Shown one piece after another: positions 44,645 through 55,409 of a DNA stretch of 64,000 bases (within the stretch, counting starts at the first letter, position 1; every line of letters starts with the position of its first letter). The notes beneath the pieces were generated by a model that did not search any database, was not told the DNA's origin, and saw only the letters and a list, made by a program, of their open reading frames with translations. The DNA is from an uncultured Christensenellaceae bacterium (lineage in GTDB: Bacteria > Bacillota > Clostridia > Christensenellales > CAG-314): assembly GCA_910587795.1 (NCBI GenBank), contig CAJUNH010000002.1:135400-199399 (forward strand), given 5' to 3'. The position numbers were made by a program, and so were the translations under genes.

Positions 44645-45736
44645 ATGAAGCTGGGAGTAGTAGGTTTGCCCAACGTAGGCAAAAGCACGCTTTTTAACGC
44701 AATTACGCAAGCGGGAGCGGAAATAGCAAATTATCCGTTTTGCACTATAGAACCCAACGTGGGAGTAGTTGCCGTACCCGACGAAAGGCTGGACAAGCTT
44801 GCCGCGCTGTACGACAGCAAAAAGATAACGCCCACTTATTTAAGATTTGTGGATATTGCGGGGTTGGTAAAAGGCGCGTCCCGCGGAGAAGGTTTGGGAA
44901 ACAAGTTTTTGTCGCACATACGCGAGGTGGACGCAATAGTACACGTAGTGCGTTGTTTTATAGACGGCAACGTAACGCACGTATCTAATACAATCGACCC
45001 TATTGCGGATATGGTTACTATTAACTTAGAGCTTATACTTGCCGATATCGAAACGGTAACGGCGCGGCTTAACAAAGCCGTCAATATGCAAAAGACGGGG
45101 GATAAAAAGTACAAAATAGAGGTGGAACTTTTAAAACGAATTTTAACGCATCTGGAATGCGAACAGCCCGTGCGTACGATGGAGTTTGACGACGACGAGC
45201 GCGCAATGGTTGAGGAAATGTTTTTGCTTACGTCTAAACCCGTAATTTATGCCGCCAACATTGCCGAGGACGATTTGGGCAAGCCTCAAAACGAGCTTGT
45301 AAACAAGGTGGAGGAATACGCCGCAAAGGAAAACGCCGAAACGTTGGTTATTTGCGCTAAGGTGGAGGAGGAGCTGTCCCGTTTGGACCCGGAGGAAAAG
45401 GCTATGTTTTTGGAAAGTTACGGCATAGCGGAAAGCGGACTTAACCGTCTTGTAAAAAAATGTTACAAACTGCTGCATTTGGTAAGTTATCTTACGGCGG
45501 GCGAAAAGGAAACACGAGCCTGGACGGTAACGGAAGGAACAAAAGCGCCTCAGGCGGCGGGCAAAATCCACAGCGATTTTGAAAAGGGCTTTATACGCGC
45601 CGAAATTGTGGACTGCGAAACAATGCTGGAACTGGGCGGATACAATCAGGCTAAGGAAAAGGGCAAGGTGCGCAGCGAAGGCAAGGACTACGTCATAAAG
45701 GACGGCGACGTAGTACTGTTTAGGTTTAACGTGTAA
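44645..45736 (+). CDS. ychF: redox-regulated ATPase YchF
   Basis: MKLGVVGLPNVGKSTLFNA G1 motif and a C-terminal TGS/DUF933-type end (DGDVVLFRFNV). Confidence 0.95.
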   Translation: MKLGVVGLPNVGKSTLFNAITQAGAEIANYPFCTIEPNVGVVAVPDERLDKLAALYDSKKITPTYLRFVDIAGLVKGASRGEGLGNKFLSHIREVDAIVHVVRCFIDGNVTHVSNTIDPIADMVTINLELILADIETVTARLNKAVNMQKTGDKKYKIEVELLKRILTHLECEQPVRTMEFDDDERAMVEEMFLLTSKPVIYAANIAEDDLGKPQNELVNKVEEYAAKENAETLVICAKVEEELSRLDPEEKAMFLESYGIAESGLNRLVKKCYKLLHLVSYLTAGEKETRAWTVTEGTKAPQAAGKIHSDFEKGFIRAEIVDCETMLELGGYNQAKEKGKVRSEGKDYVIKDGDVVLFRFNV

Positions 45737-45750
45737 ACGGGTTTAAACTA

Positions 45751-46188
45751 ATGCGTAAAACGGAATACGAAATAATTCTGCCGACCGAGGAGGAAGCGCA
45801 GGTTATCGACGGCAAACTGTTGGAAGAAATACAAAAAGTAAAACCGTTTACGCTGAGTCGGGCGTTTGTGCCCGTCAACGTCTGTGCAAAAAAGGACGGC
45901 GAAATAATAGGCGGAGTGTTGGCGTGCGCCGTTATGTGGGATATACTGTATATAGATACGGTATGGACAGTAGCACAGTACCGCAATCGGGGCGTTGCAA
46001 GCGCGTTGATATGCGAGGCGGAAAAGCGCGCTCGGGATATGGGGTGTAATTTTTCCCGTCTAAGCACGTACGATTTTCAGGCGCCCAAACTGTACGAAAA
46101 GCTGAATTACAAAAAATTCGGCGAAATAGACTACGGACACGTTAAAGAGAGTTTTTATTATAAAGATTTAAGAGGTAAGCATGAGTAA
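45751..46188 (+). CDS. GNAT-family N-acetyltransferase
   Basis: 145 aa with the acetyl-CoA motif V..QYRNRGVASALI. Confidence 0.8.
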   Translation: MRKTEYEIILPTEEEAQVIDGKLLEEIQKVKPFTLSRAFVPVNVCAKKDGEIIGGVLACAVMWDILYIDTVWTVAQYRNRGVASALICEAEKRARDMGCNFSRLSTYDFQAPKLYEKLNYKKFGEIDYGHVKESFYYKDLRGKHE

Positions 46189-47821
46189 AGCAGCCGGCAC
46201 GGAAATAAAGCAGTCCAAAGTAAGTTTTGGCAATAAGTTGGCTTTTGCCTGCGCGGATATATTCGGCGGCGGAAGTTTTAATATAATCAACTTTTTGTTC
46301 ACTCCGTTTTTGACGTTGGTAGTGGGTATACCGATGATATATCTAACGCCCATACTTCTGCTTACAAAGCTTTGGGACGGAATTATCGATCCGTTTATCG
46401 GTAAGGTTACGGACGGCAAGCAGCCGGGCAAATTCGGTAAACGCAGGTATTTTATGCTTATATGCGCCCCGTTGGTGCTTTTGGGGTTTGTACTGCTGTT
46501 TTTTCCGTGGAATTTGATAACGTCAAGCGTTGCGCTTAAATGCGTGTTTGTGGTGCTGATGTATATGCTGTACGCAACTGCGCAGAGTTTTGTGCTTATA
46601 CCGTACTATTCGCACGCGAGCGAAATGACGGACGACTTTAACGAGCGTAACAAGACAAATGCGGTTCGCATAGCATTCAGTATAGCGTCCAGCACGATAT
46701 GCGTGGCTGTGCCGGGTATGATAGCCAGCCCCACAAAAGCGGACAACGGAGTAAGCTATATTATAATGGCGGCGATATTCGGTTTTATATTTACCGTATC
46801 CATACTTGTAACCGCGCTGTTCAGCCGCGAACAAATCGTCACCCCCGCCGTAAAAACAAAGCTTAACTTTAAGGAATTTATCCGTCCGTTAAAAGTAAAA
46901 ACGTACCGTCAGTATTTGGGAATGCAAATGTGCACTTCTATGGCTATGGCGGTAATGAGCAGTTTCTTTTTTACCTTTTGCGATTTTTATTTAAGACGTC
47001 TTACCTATGCCGAAGCAACGGTAAGCGGAGCGGGGCGTTTCCCCATTGCTACGGTTGCAGCGGCAATGATGTTTGTAGCGCAGATACTTGCGCTGCCGCT
47101 GTACCTTAAACTGATAAAAGCAAAGTCCAAACGTTTTGCTTATATTACGGGCGCAGGTGTTTGGATTACGGTTGTTGCGGGAATGTTCTTTTTGCCTGCC
47201 GAGGGAAAAATAGATTTTAACGCAAGCGGAGCGATAATCACTGCCGAAGGCGCGCCCAACTGGCTTGTAATCGTATTCGGTCTGTTTATAGGTTTAGGGA
47301 TAGGCGGAACGGTGTTTGTTCCGCACAGCAGTTTCGGCGACGTGTGCGACGTAGGCGAACTGTACTTCGGCGAACGTACCGAAGGCGCGTTTTCCGGACT
47401 TACCAACTTTTTAAACACCGCGGCGCAGGCAATAGGTTTGGCTATCCCTCCCGCTATTATAGGTCTTGCGGGATACGTGGAAACTCAGTACGTTACAACC
47501 GACGTATACAACGCTTTAAAAACGGCGACCGAGGCGGAGCAGATAGACAAACTGGGCATGGCGCTATCGCAGTTTAAAGCCACCGTCGGCAACGGTTCGG
47601 TGCAGCTTTTGCCCGTATCTCAAACCGATTCGGCGCAGCTGGCTTTGCGTTTAACGTTTTTGCTGCTGCCTATCGTTATAATGATAATAGGAATCGTAAT
47701 TGCAAGCAGATACAAGCTTACAAGGGATTTGCAGGCAAAAATCGTAGAGGCTAACGCCCGTGAGGACAAGGACGGCGAAGATTTTAAACAAACCCGCGAC
47801 GAACTGTTAAAGCAGTTGTAA
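46181..47821 (+). CDS. GPH/MFS-type glycoside-pentoside-hexuronide:cation symporter family transporter
   Basis: About 12 TM helices with the N-terminal KLAFACADIFGGGSFNII...LWDGIIDPFIGKVTD motif typical of the MelB/YicJ family. Confidence 0.75.
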   Translation: MSKAAGTEIKQSKVSFGNKLAFACADIFGGGSFNIINFLFTPFLTLVVGIPMIYLTPILLLTKLWDGIIDPFIGKVTDGKQPGKFGKRRYFMLICAPLVLLGFVLLFFPWNLITSSVALKCVFVVLMYMLYATAQSFVLIPYYSHASEMTDDFNERNKTNAVRIAFSIASSTICVAVPGMIASPTKADNGVSYIIMAAIFGFIFTVSILVTALFSREQIVTPAVKTKLNFKEFIRPLKVKTYRQYLGMQMCTSMAMAVMSSFFFTFCDFYLRRLTYAEATVSGAGRFPIATVAAAMMFVAQILALPLYLKLIKAKSKRFAYITGAGVWITVVAGMFFLPAEGKIDFNASGAIITAEGAPNWLVIVFGLFIGLGIGGTVFVPHSSFGDVCDVGELYFGERTEGAFSGLTNFLNTAAQAIGLAIPPAIIGLAGYVETQYVTTDVYNALKTATEAEQIDKLGMALSQFKATVGNGSVQLLPVSQTDSAQLALRLTFLLLPIVIMIIGIVIASRYKLTRDLQAKIVEANAREDKDGEDFKQTRDELLKQL

Positions 47822-47827
47822 GCCGAT

Positions 47828-48601
47828 ATGATAAAGTTATCTCCGTTGTTTTCCGGCAGTAGGGGAAATTGCAGTTTGATTCAAAGCGACAGCTGCAACA
47901 TACTGCTGGACGTAGGCTATCAATACAAGCAGATAGTTGCGCGGCTTGCCGATTTTAACGTTACGCCTGCCGACATAAACGCTATTGTAATAACGCACGA
48001 ACACAGCGACCACATTTCGGCGCTGCCGTATATTACGCGCGGATTTAATACCGCCGTATATGCGCCGTCGGCAATCTGCGACTATATTTCTCAGCGTACC
48101 TATTGCAGCAGCGTTACGGCAATAGACGGCGCGTTTAACACGGGCGGCGTTACGGTGGACGTATACAGGTGTTCGCACGATTCTGCCGCGTGTTTCGGTT
48201 ACAGATTTACTTGCGGAGCGGAAAGCGTGGCGGGGGTTACCGATACGGGGTGCGTCACCGACGAACTGATTGCTTTTTTATCTCCCTGCAAGGGTATAAT
48301 GATAGAAAGCAATCACGACGTAAACATGCTGCAAAACGGCGCGTATCCGTATGTGCTTAAACGCAGGATTATGTCGGATTTCGGGCATTTGTCCAACGAC
48401 CAAACGTCGCAGATTTTATCTAAAATAAAAGGCACCGCAATAAAACAGATTGCGCTTGCGCATTTGTCCGAACAGAATAACACAAAGGAACTTGCGTTTA
48501 GCGCAGCCGTCGGCGCGTTGGAAAAAGGCGGACTGACGGAAGGTAAAGACATAGATTTATTTGTAGCGGACCAGTATTATAATAGGATTACATTATGCTA
48601 A
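47828..48601 (+). CDS. MBL-fold metallo-hydrolase (YycJ/WalJ-like)
   Basis: VITHEHSDHISAL (HxHxDH) and a C-terminal LAHLSEQNN. Confidence 0.8.
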   Translation: MIKLSPLFSGSRGNCSLIQSDSCNILLDVGYQYKQIVARLADFNVTPADINAIVITHEHSDHISALPYITRGFNTAVYAPSAICDYISQRTYCSSVTAIDGAFNTGGVTVDVYRCSHDSAACFGYRFTCGAESVAGVTDTGCVTDELIAFLSPCKGIMIESNHDVNMLQNGAYPYVLKRRIMSDFGHLSNDQTSQILSKIKGTAIKQIALAHLSEQNNTKELAFSAAVGALEKGGLTEGKDIDLFVADQYYNRITLC

Positions 48602-49509
48602 GAGAAGAAAATTACACAAAGATAAGAGAAAAATATTCCGCAAACGACGTCGGCGCAGGCTTTGCGATAGTAACGTTGGCTGCAATAGCGGTCAGCCTTG
48701 CGGTTGCGGTTGTAGGGCAGATTTTTAAGTTGACGGAAAACGGCGTTTTTATGATTGCTGCAAACGCGGTAAATACGCTGGTAATCGGCGCGTCGGCGTT
48801 TATATACGCAAAACTTACGCGTACAAAGGCGGTTTGCGCAACTAAAATAAACGTAAAGCCGCATTGGGCGCATATAGGCTGGGGCTGTCTTGCCACGCTG
48901 TGTCTTATAACCTTTATGGTACCGCTAAACAACTGGATTGCTATGGGTATAGAGGCAATCGGTTTGCCCCGTCCTTCGGTAAATTTGGATATGGACGTTG
49001 TTTCGATGATAATAATCGTCGCAATCCTGCCTGCTTTTTGCGAGGAAGTTATTTTCCGCGGTACGTTGGCGGCGGCTTTGGAAGGCGGCCGCAATAAGCT
49101 TGCAAGTCTGGCTATCGTAGGCGCGCTGTTTGCCTTGTTTCATATGAACCCTGCGCAAACCGTGCATCAATTTGCTTTGGGCGCGTTTTTGGGTTTGCTG
49201 TTTTTTCGCAGCGGCAGTTTATGGACGACGGTTATAGTGCACTTTTTTAACAATATCGTAGTAATTGCGCTATCCGCAATTTTCGGCGAAAAAGTAGACT
49301 TGTTTTTTGAACAAAACGCAATATGGCTGTTTTTTGTGGGGCTTATTTTGTTTGCAGGCAGTATTGCAGGCTATCTGCTTACCACAAAGAGCAAATGGAA
49401 TAAAGGCGAGGAAACGCTTAAACTGTCCGCGGGAAGCTTGTCCATGCTGCTTTGCTCGGCAGGGGTATGTTTTATTATGTGGATGATTACGTTGTTTGTA
49501 GGCGCATGA
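48595..49509 (+). CDS. CPBP-family intramembrane glutamic endopeptidase (CAAX protease-like)
   Basis: Motifs EEVIFRG, FALFHMN and HFFNN in a polytopic membrane protein. Confidence 0.8.
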   Translation: MLREENYTKIREKYSANDVGAGFAIVTLAAIAVSLAVAVVGQIFKLTENGVFMIAANAVNTLVIGASAFIYAKLTRTKAVCATKINVKPHWAHIGWGCLATLCLITFMVPLNNWIAMGIEAIGLPRPSVNLDMDVVSMIIIVAILPAFCEEVIFRGTLAAALEGGRNKLASLAIVGALFALFHMNPAQTVHQFALGAFLGLLFFRSGSLWTTVIVHFFNNIVVIALSAIFGEKVDLFFEQNAIWLFFVGLILFAGSIAGYLLTTKSKWNKGEETLKLSAGSLSMLLCSAGVCFIMWMITLFVGA

Positions 49510-49976
49510 AATTTAGAATAGTAGCGGTAGGCAAGTTAAAAGAACAGTACCTAAAACAGGCTGTGGACGAATACGTAAAGCGCATAAGCCGTTTTGCTTC
49601 GGTGGAAATTGTAGAAGTTGCCGAAAGCACATTTAACGGCGAACCTAACGTAAAGCAGATACAAAAAATTATCGATACCGAGGGCGCGGCGATAATGTCT
49701 AAAACCGAAGGCTACGTTATTGCGGCGGACATAGACGGAAAACAGCTTAGCAGTACGGAAATATCCGCTTTGATAGCAAAGGAAAAACAAAACAATTCGA
49801 CTTTTACATTTGTTATAGGCGGAAGCAACGGCTTGTCGCAGCAAGTTAAAAACAGCGCGGACTTTCGGCTTTCGTTCGGTAAAATAACGCTGCCGCACCA
49901 ACTGTTTAGGGTGGTGCTTTGCGAACAGATTTACCGTGCTTGCTGTATAGAGGGCAACGTGTCTTATCACAAGTAG
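49506..49976 (+). CDS. rlmH: 23S rRNA (pseudouridine1915-N3)-methyltransferase RlmH
   Basis: MKFRIVAVGKLKEQYLKQAVDEYVKRI with a SPOUT C-terminus (FVIGGSNGLS, LSFGKITLPHQL). ATGA overlap with the upstream stop. Confidence 0.9.
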   Translation: MKFRIVAVGKLKEQYLKQAVDEYVKRISRFASVEIVEVAESTFNGEPNVKQIQKIIDTEGAAIMSKTEGYVIAADIDGKQLSSTEISALIAKEKQNNSTFTFVIGGSNGLSQQVKNSADFRLSFGKITLPHQLFRVVLCEQIYRACCIEGNVSYHK

Positions 49977-50139
49977 ATTTTTGCACAGATAGCTTTGCAG
50001 GCGTATACGGCTTACTTAATGGCAAGTTTGCGATAAAACAGACGCGTTTAACGCGCGTAAGCTTATATAAATAAATAATGAGAATTACGGCATACGCCGT
50101 ATGCAAGATAAAACAGCATTTTCTTTAAAGGTTAGGTTT

Positions 50140-51771
50140 ATGGAAATTTTAAATGCTCAGTCGCTGTGGGAAAATTTCAGTCCCACGGCGGAACCACTGG
50201 AAATAAACGAGTTTAAGACAATCGAAAAGGACGGTCTTGTAGAAAAACATCTGTATTTTACGGGCAGATATTTCGACTCGGTAAAAAAGACGCGCGTTTA
50301 CGCCGTAGTTTGTTACAAAAATACAAAATCCGCAAAGCAGGCGGTACTGTTTGTGGACGACTATAAACGTCCGGTAAACGTTTCGGAGTTGGAACAGCTG
50401 GCGCGCAGCGGTTTTTTTGCAATGGGCATAGACTTTGCGGGGCGCGCGGACTCCGGTATGTACACCGCTTATCCGGAGGAGCTGAAGTACTGTAACGCTA
50501 AGGATGCAAAGGACATTTTCAGCATTACAACCACCGCCCGCGAAACCAAATTGTACGAATATGCCTTAAACTGCCGCAGGGCGATAACCTACCTTGCCAT
50601 GCAGGAAAAAATCAAAGGAATATCGATTGTTTCTATGGGCAGGGGCGTGTTTACGGGTATGATAGTAATGGGTACGGAAACCCGTTTGACAAACGGCGCG
50701 GTTTTATTCGGCGCGCTTAACTGCGAATACCCCGAATACGACGGCGTTGCCGATACTGATAACGCCGCAAGCCTAAACAGACATTTGGAATACGATATAT
50801 GCCGCCAAAGCTGGACGTTGGGACTTGCACCGCAATCGTACGCAATGAAGATAGGCATACCCCTTTATGTAATTAATTCCGCAAACAGCAGTTATGTGGA
50901 TATCGAACAGATTAACAAGACGGGGGCGCGTTTAAACCGTGAATGCAGATTTTTGATTTTGCCCAACGCAATCGACTATTTAAGCGACAAGTATTTCGAC
51001 GGACTCGTACGTTGGTTAAAAGGCGCGCAGGTGCCCGTACCGCAGACGTTAACGGCGTTTACCGACGATAACGGCGAATATTGCATAAAAGTGCAAACGT
51101 CGAGTTCTATCAACAAAACCTCGGTTTGGTATTGCTCCAACCCGTTAGGCAGGGCAAAATATTGGCGCAGCGCAAAGCTCATACGCGAAGGTTCGTATTA
51201 CGTTGCACGTCCCGAGCTGTACGATACGGAAAACAGTATTATGGCTTTTAGCGTAGCCGATAGAGACGTTGTCACGTCCACCCCGCTGTTTTACGATAAC
51301 GTGCAGGTTGCCCGTCCTAAGTACGTAAACAAAAACATATTCAGCGGAAACGGATTTCAGCATTTAATACGTTTGGACCCTTGCAACAGATCTATGAACG
51401 TGGATTTGGAACAGCAGCTTGCCGAGGGATATTTGGGTATTGTGGGCGCAAAGGGTAAGGCTCTCGCTACGTTTGCAATAAGCGACTCCACGCTGTGTAA
51501 AAACGCTTCGCTAACTTTGGGTTTAGACGTATGCTGCACTGCAAAGCAGAAGCTTATAGTAAACGCCGTATGCAATTTCGGTACGGAGCAAAAGGAAACG
51601 TTTAGTCAAACCATACAATTAGACGGTATGGGCAAGTGGCAGCGTATAACCGTAGAAAGAGAAAAATTCCGCCGCGTGGAAGACGGAAAGCAAATCGCCG
51701 ACGACGTAATAAGCCTTATAGTTTTGTCTGCCGACGAAGAATTTATTGTAAACAACGTATTTTTGGTATGA
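50140..51771 (+). CDS. hypothetical protein (possible alpha/beta-hydrolase-like N-domain)
   Basis: Long ORF. The start at MEILNAQ follows AAGGTTAGG. No confident family assignment. Confidence 0.45.
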   Translation: MEILNAQSLWENFSPTAEPLEINEFKTIEKDGLVEKHLYFTGRYFDSVKKTRVYAVVCYKNTKSAKQAVLFVDDYKRPVNVSELEQLARSGFFAMGIDFAGRADSGMYTAYPEELKYCNAKDAKDIFSITTTARETKLYEYALNCRRAITYLAMQEKIKGISIVSMGRGVFTGMIVMGTETRLTNGAVLFGALNCEYPEYDGVADTDNAASLNRHLEYDICRQSWTLGLAPQSYAMKIGIPLYVINSANSSYVDIEQINKTGARLNRECRFLILPNAIDYLSDKYFDGLVRWLKGAQVPVPQTLTAFTDDNGEYCIKVQTSSSINKTSVWYCSNPLGRAKYWRSAKLIREGSYYVARPELYDTENSIMAFSVADRDVVTSTPLFYDNVQVARPKYVNKNIFSGNGFQHLIRLDPCNRSMNVDLEQQLAEGYLGIVGAKGKALATFAISDSTLCKNASLTLGLDVCCTAKQKLIVNAVCNFGTEQKETFSQTIQLDGMGKWQRITVEREKFRRVEDGKQIADDVISLIVLSADEEFIVNNVFLV

Positions 51772-51944
51772 CAGCTTATAAAATCGGCGACACTATAACT
51801 ACTCGCAAACCGCACGCTTGCGGCGGAGATAAGTGGCAGATAACCCGCGTCGGGGCGGATTACAAAATTAAATGTCTAAAATGCGGACGGATTGTAATGA
51901 TTTCCGGCGATAAATTTCATAAGGCGGTAAAGATTAGTGGCTGA
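51768..51944 (+). CDS. small zinc-ribbon protein (DUF951-like)
   Basis: 58 aa MTAYKIGDTITTRKPHACGGDKWQITRVGADYKIKCLKCGRIV. ATGA overlap with the upstream gene. Confidence 0.65.
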   Translation: MTAYKIGDTITTRKPHACGGDKWQITRVGADYKIKCLKCGRIVMISGDKFHKAVKISG

Positions 51945-52689
51945 CAAAGAGGAAATATTAACCGAACAACAGCAACCGACGGAGCAAGATTTAGCTTCCG
52001 CCGAGCAAACGTCTGCGGAACAGACTGATACGGTAAACCTAACGCCCGTAAAAGTCAAGCGTAAGCACACCAAAGCGGAAATTGCGTTAAACTCCGCTAT
52101 ATGGGTTATAATAGCCGTGCTGCTTATTTCTGCGGTATTGCGGCTGTTTGTGTTTAATACCGTTACAGTCAGCGGCGACTCGATGCTGCCTACGTACGAA
52201 AGCGGAAATATAGTAACCGTAAATAAGTTATCCAAACCGAAACGCGGACAAGTGGCGGTATTTTATAAATACGAAATAGACAGCAAGCTTAAAGCTATGT
52301 TTTCCTCTCCCGAAAAAAGAGGTAAAGATCAGCCGTACGAATTGCTTATAAAGCGCGTAGTAGCGTTGGAAGGCGATAAGATATGGATTCAAAAAACCGT
52401 TGACGAACCGAATAATTATATTTACGAAGTGGTTATCGATACCGCCGACGGCAATCGGTTGTTTGAAGACTATTATTTAGACAGGCAAGGCGAAATAATG
52501 CCGAAGCTTACCGTAAACGAACAATCCCGTTCGGGGCTTGGAAATCTGGAAGGACATACGGAGGACAATCCGCTTGTCGTAAAAAAAGGCTGCATGTATG
52601 TTATCGGGGATAACCGTTCCGTCAGCGACGATTCGCGCGGAGAACTCGGGCAAGTACCGCTAAACAGACTTTTCGGTATAGTGATTTAA
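51937..52689 (+). CDS. lepB: signal peptidase I
   Basis: SGDSMLPT (catalytic Ser), KRVVALEGD (Lys box) and GDNRSVSDDSR motifs. Confidence 0.88.
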   Translation: MADKEEILTEQQQPTEQDLASAEQTSAEQTDTVNLTPVKVKRKHTKAEIALNSAIWVIIAVLLISAVLRLFVFNTVTVSGDSMLPTYESGNIVTVNKLSKPKRGQVAVFYKYEIDSKLKAMFSSPEKRGKDQPYELLIKRVVALEGDKIWIQKTVDEPNNYIYEVVIDTADGNRLFEDYYLDRQGEIMPKLTVNEQSRSGLGNLEGHTEDNPLVVKKGCMYVIGDNRSVSDDSRGELGQVPLNRLFGIVI

Positions 52690-52758
52690 AGACGCAATAT
52701 GCGCAAAATAAAAACTTTATTCAACGGTAAGGTAATTTTATAAAAAAATAAACAATAG

Positions 52759-52788
52759 AGCGGGTGCGATTGCATCTGCTTTTTTTTA
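52759..52788 (+). terminator. intrinsic terminator after lepB
   Basis: 9-bp stem agcgggtgc / gcatctgct (two G-U pairs) followed by T8. Confidence 0.65.
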
Positions 52789-52840
52789 TTTTATTTGCTA
52801 TATAGGTATAAATCAAACTCATAAATGAAAAACTTGTTTT

Positions 52841-54253
52841 ATGAAGCAGAATATGTTAACAAAATTTATGCAGGCTACAAGCGGCGACGAAGACGTCCGC
52901 GTACGCAAAATAGAGTGCGGCATAAGCGTTACCGTAGTATGTATGGATACTATGAGCGACGACGGCAAAGTAAGCAGTTACGTTTTGCAGCCGTTGGCGT
53001 ACATCAACGAAGCCACGGGCTTAACCGACATTTATACTCGGCTTATGGCGGGGGCTACCTGCACCAAGGTAACAAGTCTGGAAAAAGCGTTGGAGAATTA
53101 CTCTAACGGACATACTATTGTGTTTGACGACGACGGAAACGCCGTGTCGGTAGATACTCGCACGTCGCTTGTCCGCGCAATTGCGGAGCCTCCCACGTCT
53201 ATGGTTTTGCGCGGTCCGCGCGAAGGATTTGTGGAGGACGTCAAAATAAATATAACGCTTTTGCGCAAACGTTTAAAAACGCCGGACTTTAAGTATGTCA
53301 ACATAAGCGTCGGTAAGTACACTAATACGGCAGTAAGCGTGTGTTATATAGATTCCGTTGCGGATAAAGCCGTTGTAGACGATATTATACAGCGTATCTC
53401 CGCAATCAAGACGGACGGAATAATGGACAGCAGTTATATTGCGCGTTATCTGGACAAAAACAAAACGCTGCTGTTCCGCAGAGTCGGTATAACCGAAAAA
53501 CCCGATATCGCCGTTGCCAAAATGCTGGAAGGACGGGTTGCGATTATTGTAGACGGGTCGCCTATGGTTTTAACTTTGCCGTATTTGTTTATGGAGGATA
53601 TTCAAAGTCCCGGCGACTATTACGAAAATTCCACAATGACCGCGCTTAGCCGAACGCTGCGTTTTATCAGCGTTTTGGCATCGCTGTTACTGCCTGCTCT
53701 GTATGTGTGTTTGCAGGTTTACAATTATCAAATAATACCCATAAAGTTTTTGATAACTTTGATGAACGCAAGCGAGTCCATACCGTTTTCGCCTTTGTCG
53801 GAAATGCTGCTTGTACTTATAATTTTCGATATATTGCGGGAAGCAAACCTGCGTATGCCTTCGGCGGTGGGAATATCGCTGTCGCTTGTAGGGGCAATCG
53901 TACTGGGCGACGCCGCAGTAAAAGCGGGGTTGTTGGGCGCGCCCGCCGTAATGATAGGCGCGTTAAGCGGAATAGGTTTGTTTACGCTGCCGGATAACAC
54001 GTTGGTGCTGTCGTTGCTTAGACTTTTGCTCACCTTTATAGGCGGCACTATGGGGCTGTTGGGGGTAACGTTGGCTATGATGGCGGTTATATTTTATCTG
54101 GCGTCTTTGCAAAGCAACAAATCACCGTTCCTTGCTCCGTATGCTCCCGCTGTTCCGCAGGATTTGCAGGACGGTTTAATGCAAGACCCCGTACCCTCAA
54201 TGAAAAAACGTCCCCGATCCATATCAAATAAAAATAAGACGAGAAGAGGCTGA
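52841..54253 (+). CDS. spore germination protein, GerA-family A subunit
   Basis: RGPREGFVEDVKINITLLRKRL and C-terminal TM helices typical of GerAA/GerKA. The start codon is uncertain because no clear RBS is present. Confidence 0.85.
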   Translation: MKQNMLTKFMQATSGDEDVRVRKIECGISVTVVCMDTMSDDGKVSSYVLQPLAYINEATGLTDIYTRLMAGATCTKVTSLEKALENYSNGHTIVFDDDGNAVSVDTRTSLVRAIAEPPTSMVLRGPREGFVEDVKINITLLRKRLKTPDFKYVNISVGKYTNTAVSVCYIDSVADKAVVDDIIQRISAIKTDGIMDSSYIARYLDKNKTLLFRRVGITEKPDIAVAKMLEGRVAIIVDGSPMVLTLPYLFMEDIQSPGDYYENSTMTALSRTLRFISVLASLLLPALYVCLQVYNYQIIPIKFLITLMNASESIPFSPLSEMLLVLIIFDILREANLRMPSAVGISLSLVGAIVLGDAAVKAGLLGAPAVMIGALSGIGLFTLPDNTLVLSLLRLLLTFIGGTMGLLGVTLAMMAVIFYLASLQSNKSPFLAPYAPAVPQDLQDGLMQDPVPSMKKRPRSISNKNKTRRG

Positions 54254-54254
54254 A

Positions 54255-55409
54255 ATGAGCAAAGACAGAATCAGTATCAATCAATATGCGTTGATGTACT
54301 TGTTGCTTATTGCGGGAGGCAAATTTCTTAATTTGCCTTCGATTCTTGCCGCCGACGTAGGGCACGACAGTTGGCTTACAATAGCGTTTTCTTTTGTGTG
54401 GGACGCAGTTTGCTTGGTTTTTTTGCTGTGGGCAATAAAAATAAATAAGGACAGTCAGCTGGATTTATCCGCAATATTAAGTAAAACGGTCGGCAAAGTC
54501 GTATCGAAAATCGTACTTGTAATCTTTTTCGTAATGTTTGTCGTCCGCACAAATATATTGCTGGCGGCTTGTTACAAAATGTTTGCCGTAACCTTTGACG
54601 TATCCACAAACTGGATTGTGTTTGTTCTGCCCGTTGTTGCGTTATCGGTACTTACGTTAAAACTGGGTTTTACCTCAGTAGCAAGGGCAAGTCAGCTGCT
54701 GTTCGGTATCATATTTATCTGCGTGGTTTCGCTGCTGTTTTCGCCGATAGCGCAAGTGGAATTCGGTTCGCTGCTTCCCATAGGCGAAGCGGGCTGGGGC
54801 AAAATATTTTCCACGTCCTTTTTGCGCAGTTTTTGGTTTACCGATTACGTATTTATCTACTTGCTGCTGGATAACGTCAAAGTCAAAAACAAAGTGTTCA
54901 GTCCCGTGCTGACAGCTTTTGCCGTAGGCGCGGTTTTGACGGTGGCAATGAACGCGATTTTCGTAGCGCTGTACGGAAGTTTGGCTTCGCAGTTCGATTT
55001 GGCAATGAGCAAAATAGGCGTGCATTTTGTGTCAAATTCCTCAAACGGACGTTGGGACTGGCTGACGCTTTCGGTGTGGCTTATATCGGTGTTTATTAAA
55101 ATAGTGGTATTTTTCTACTGCGCGTATAAATGTTTGGAAAAAATATTTGAATTTAACAGCGATAAAATCAACTTTTGGGCGGTTGGCGCAATTACGTTGC
55201 TGTATATGCTGCCTATGTTTATATCCACAGAGATTGCGTTAAACACCGTAGTGCAGTACGGACTGTTGGTGTTTGCGCTCGTTCAATATGTGCTTCCTAT
55301 TGCAATGCCGTTTCTTACAAAGGCGGCGCAGATAAAAACAGCCGCGGAAAAAGGCGAACAGCCGCAAAAGGCGTCCGCAGACAAGGTAAAGGAGAAAATC
55401 GGTGTATAA
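54255..55409 (+). CDS. spore germination permease, GerAB-family B subunit
   Basis: About 10-TM APC-like protein with the N-terminal ISINQYALMYLLLIAGGKFLNLP. Sits between the A and C subunits. Confidence 0.8.
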   Translation: MSKDRISINQYALMYLLLIAGGKFLNLPSILAADVGHDSWLTIAFSFVWDAVCLVFLLWAIKINKDSQLDLSAILSKTVGKVVSKIVLVIFFVMFVVRTNILLAACYKMFAVTFDVSTNWIVFVLPVVALSVLTLKLGFTSVARASQLLFGIIFICVVSLLFSPIAQVEFGSLLPIGEAGWGKIFSTSFLRSFWFTDYVFIYLLLDNVKVKNKVFSPVLTAFAVGAVLTVAMNAIFVALYGSLASQFDLAMSKIGVHFVSNSSNGRWDWLTLSVWLISVFIKIVVFFYCAYKCLEKIFEFNSDKINFWAVGAITLLYMLPMFISTEIALNTVVQYGLLVFALVQYVLPIAMPFLTKAAQIKTAAEKGEQPQKASADKVKEKIGV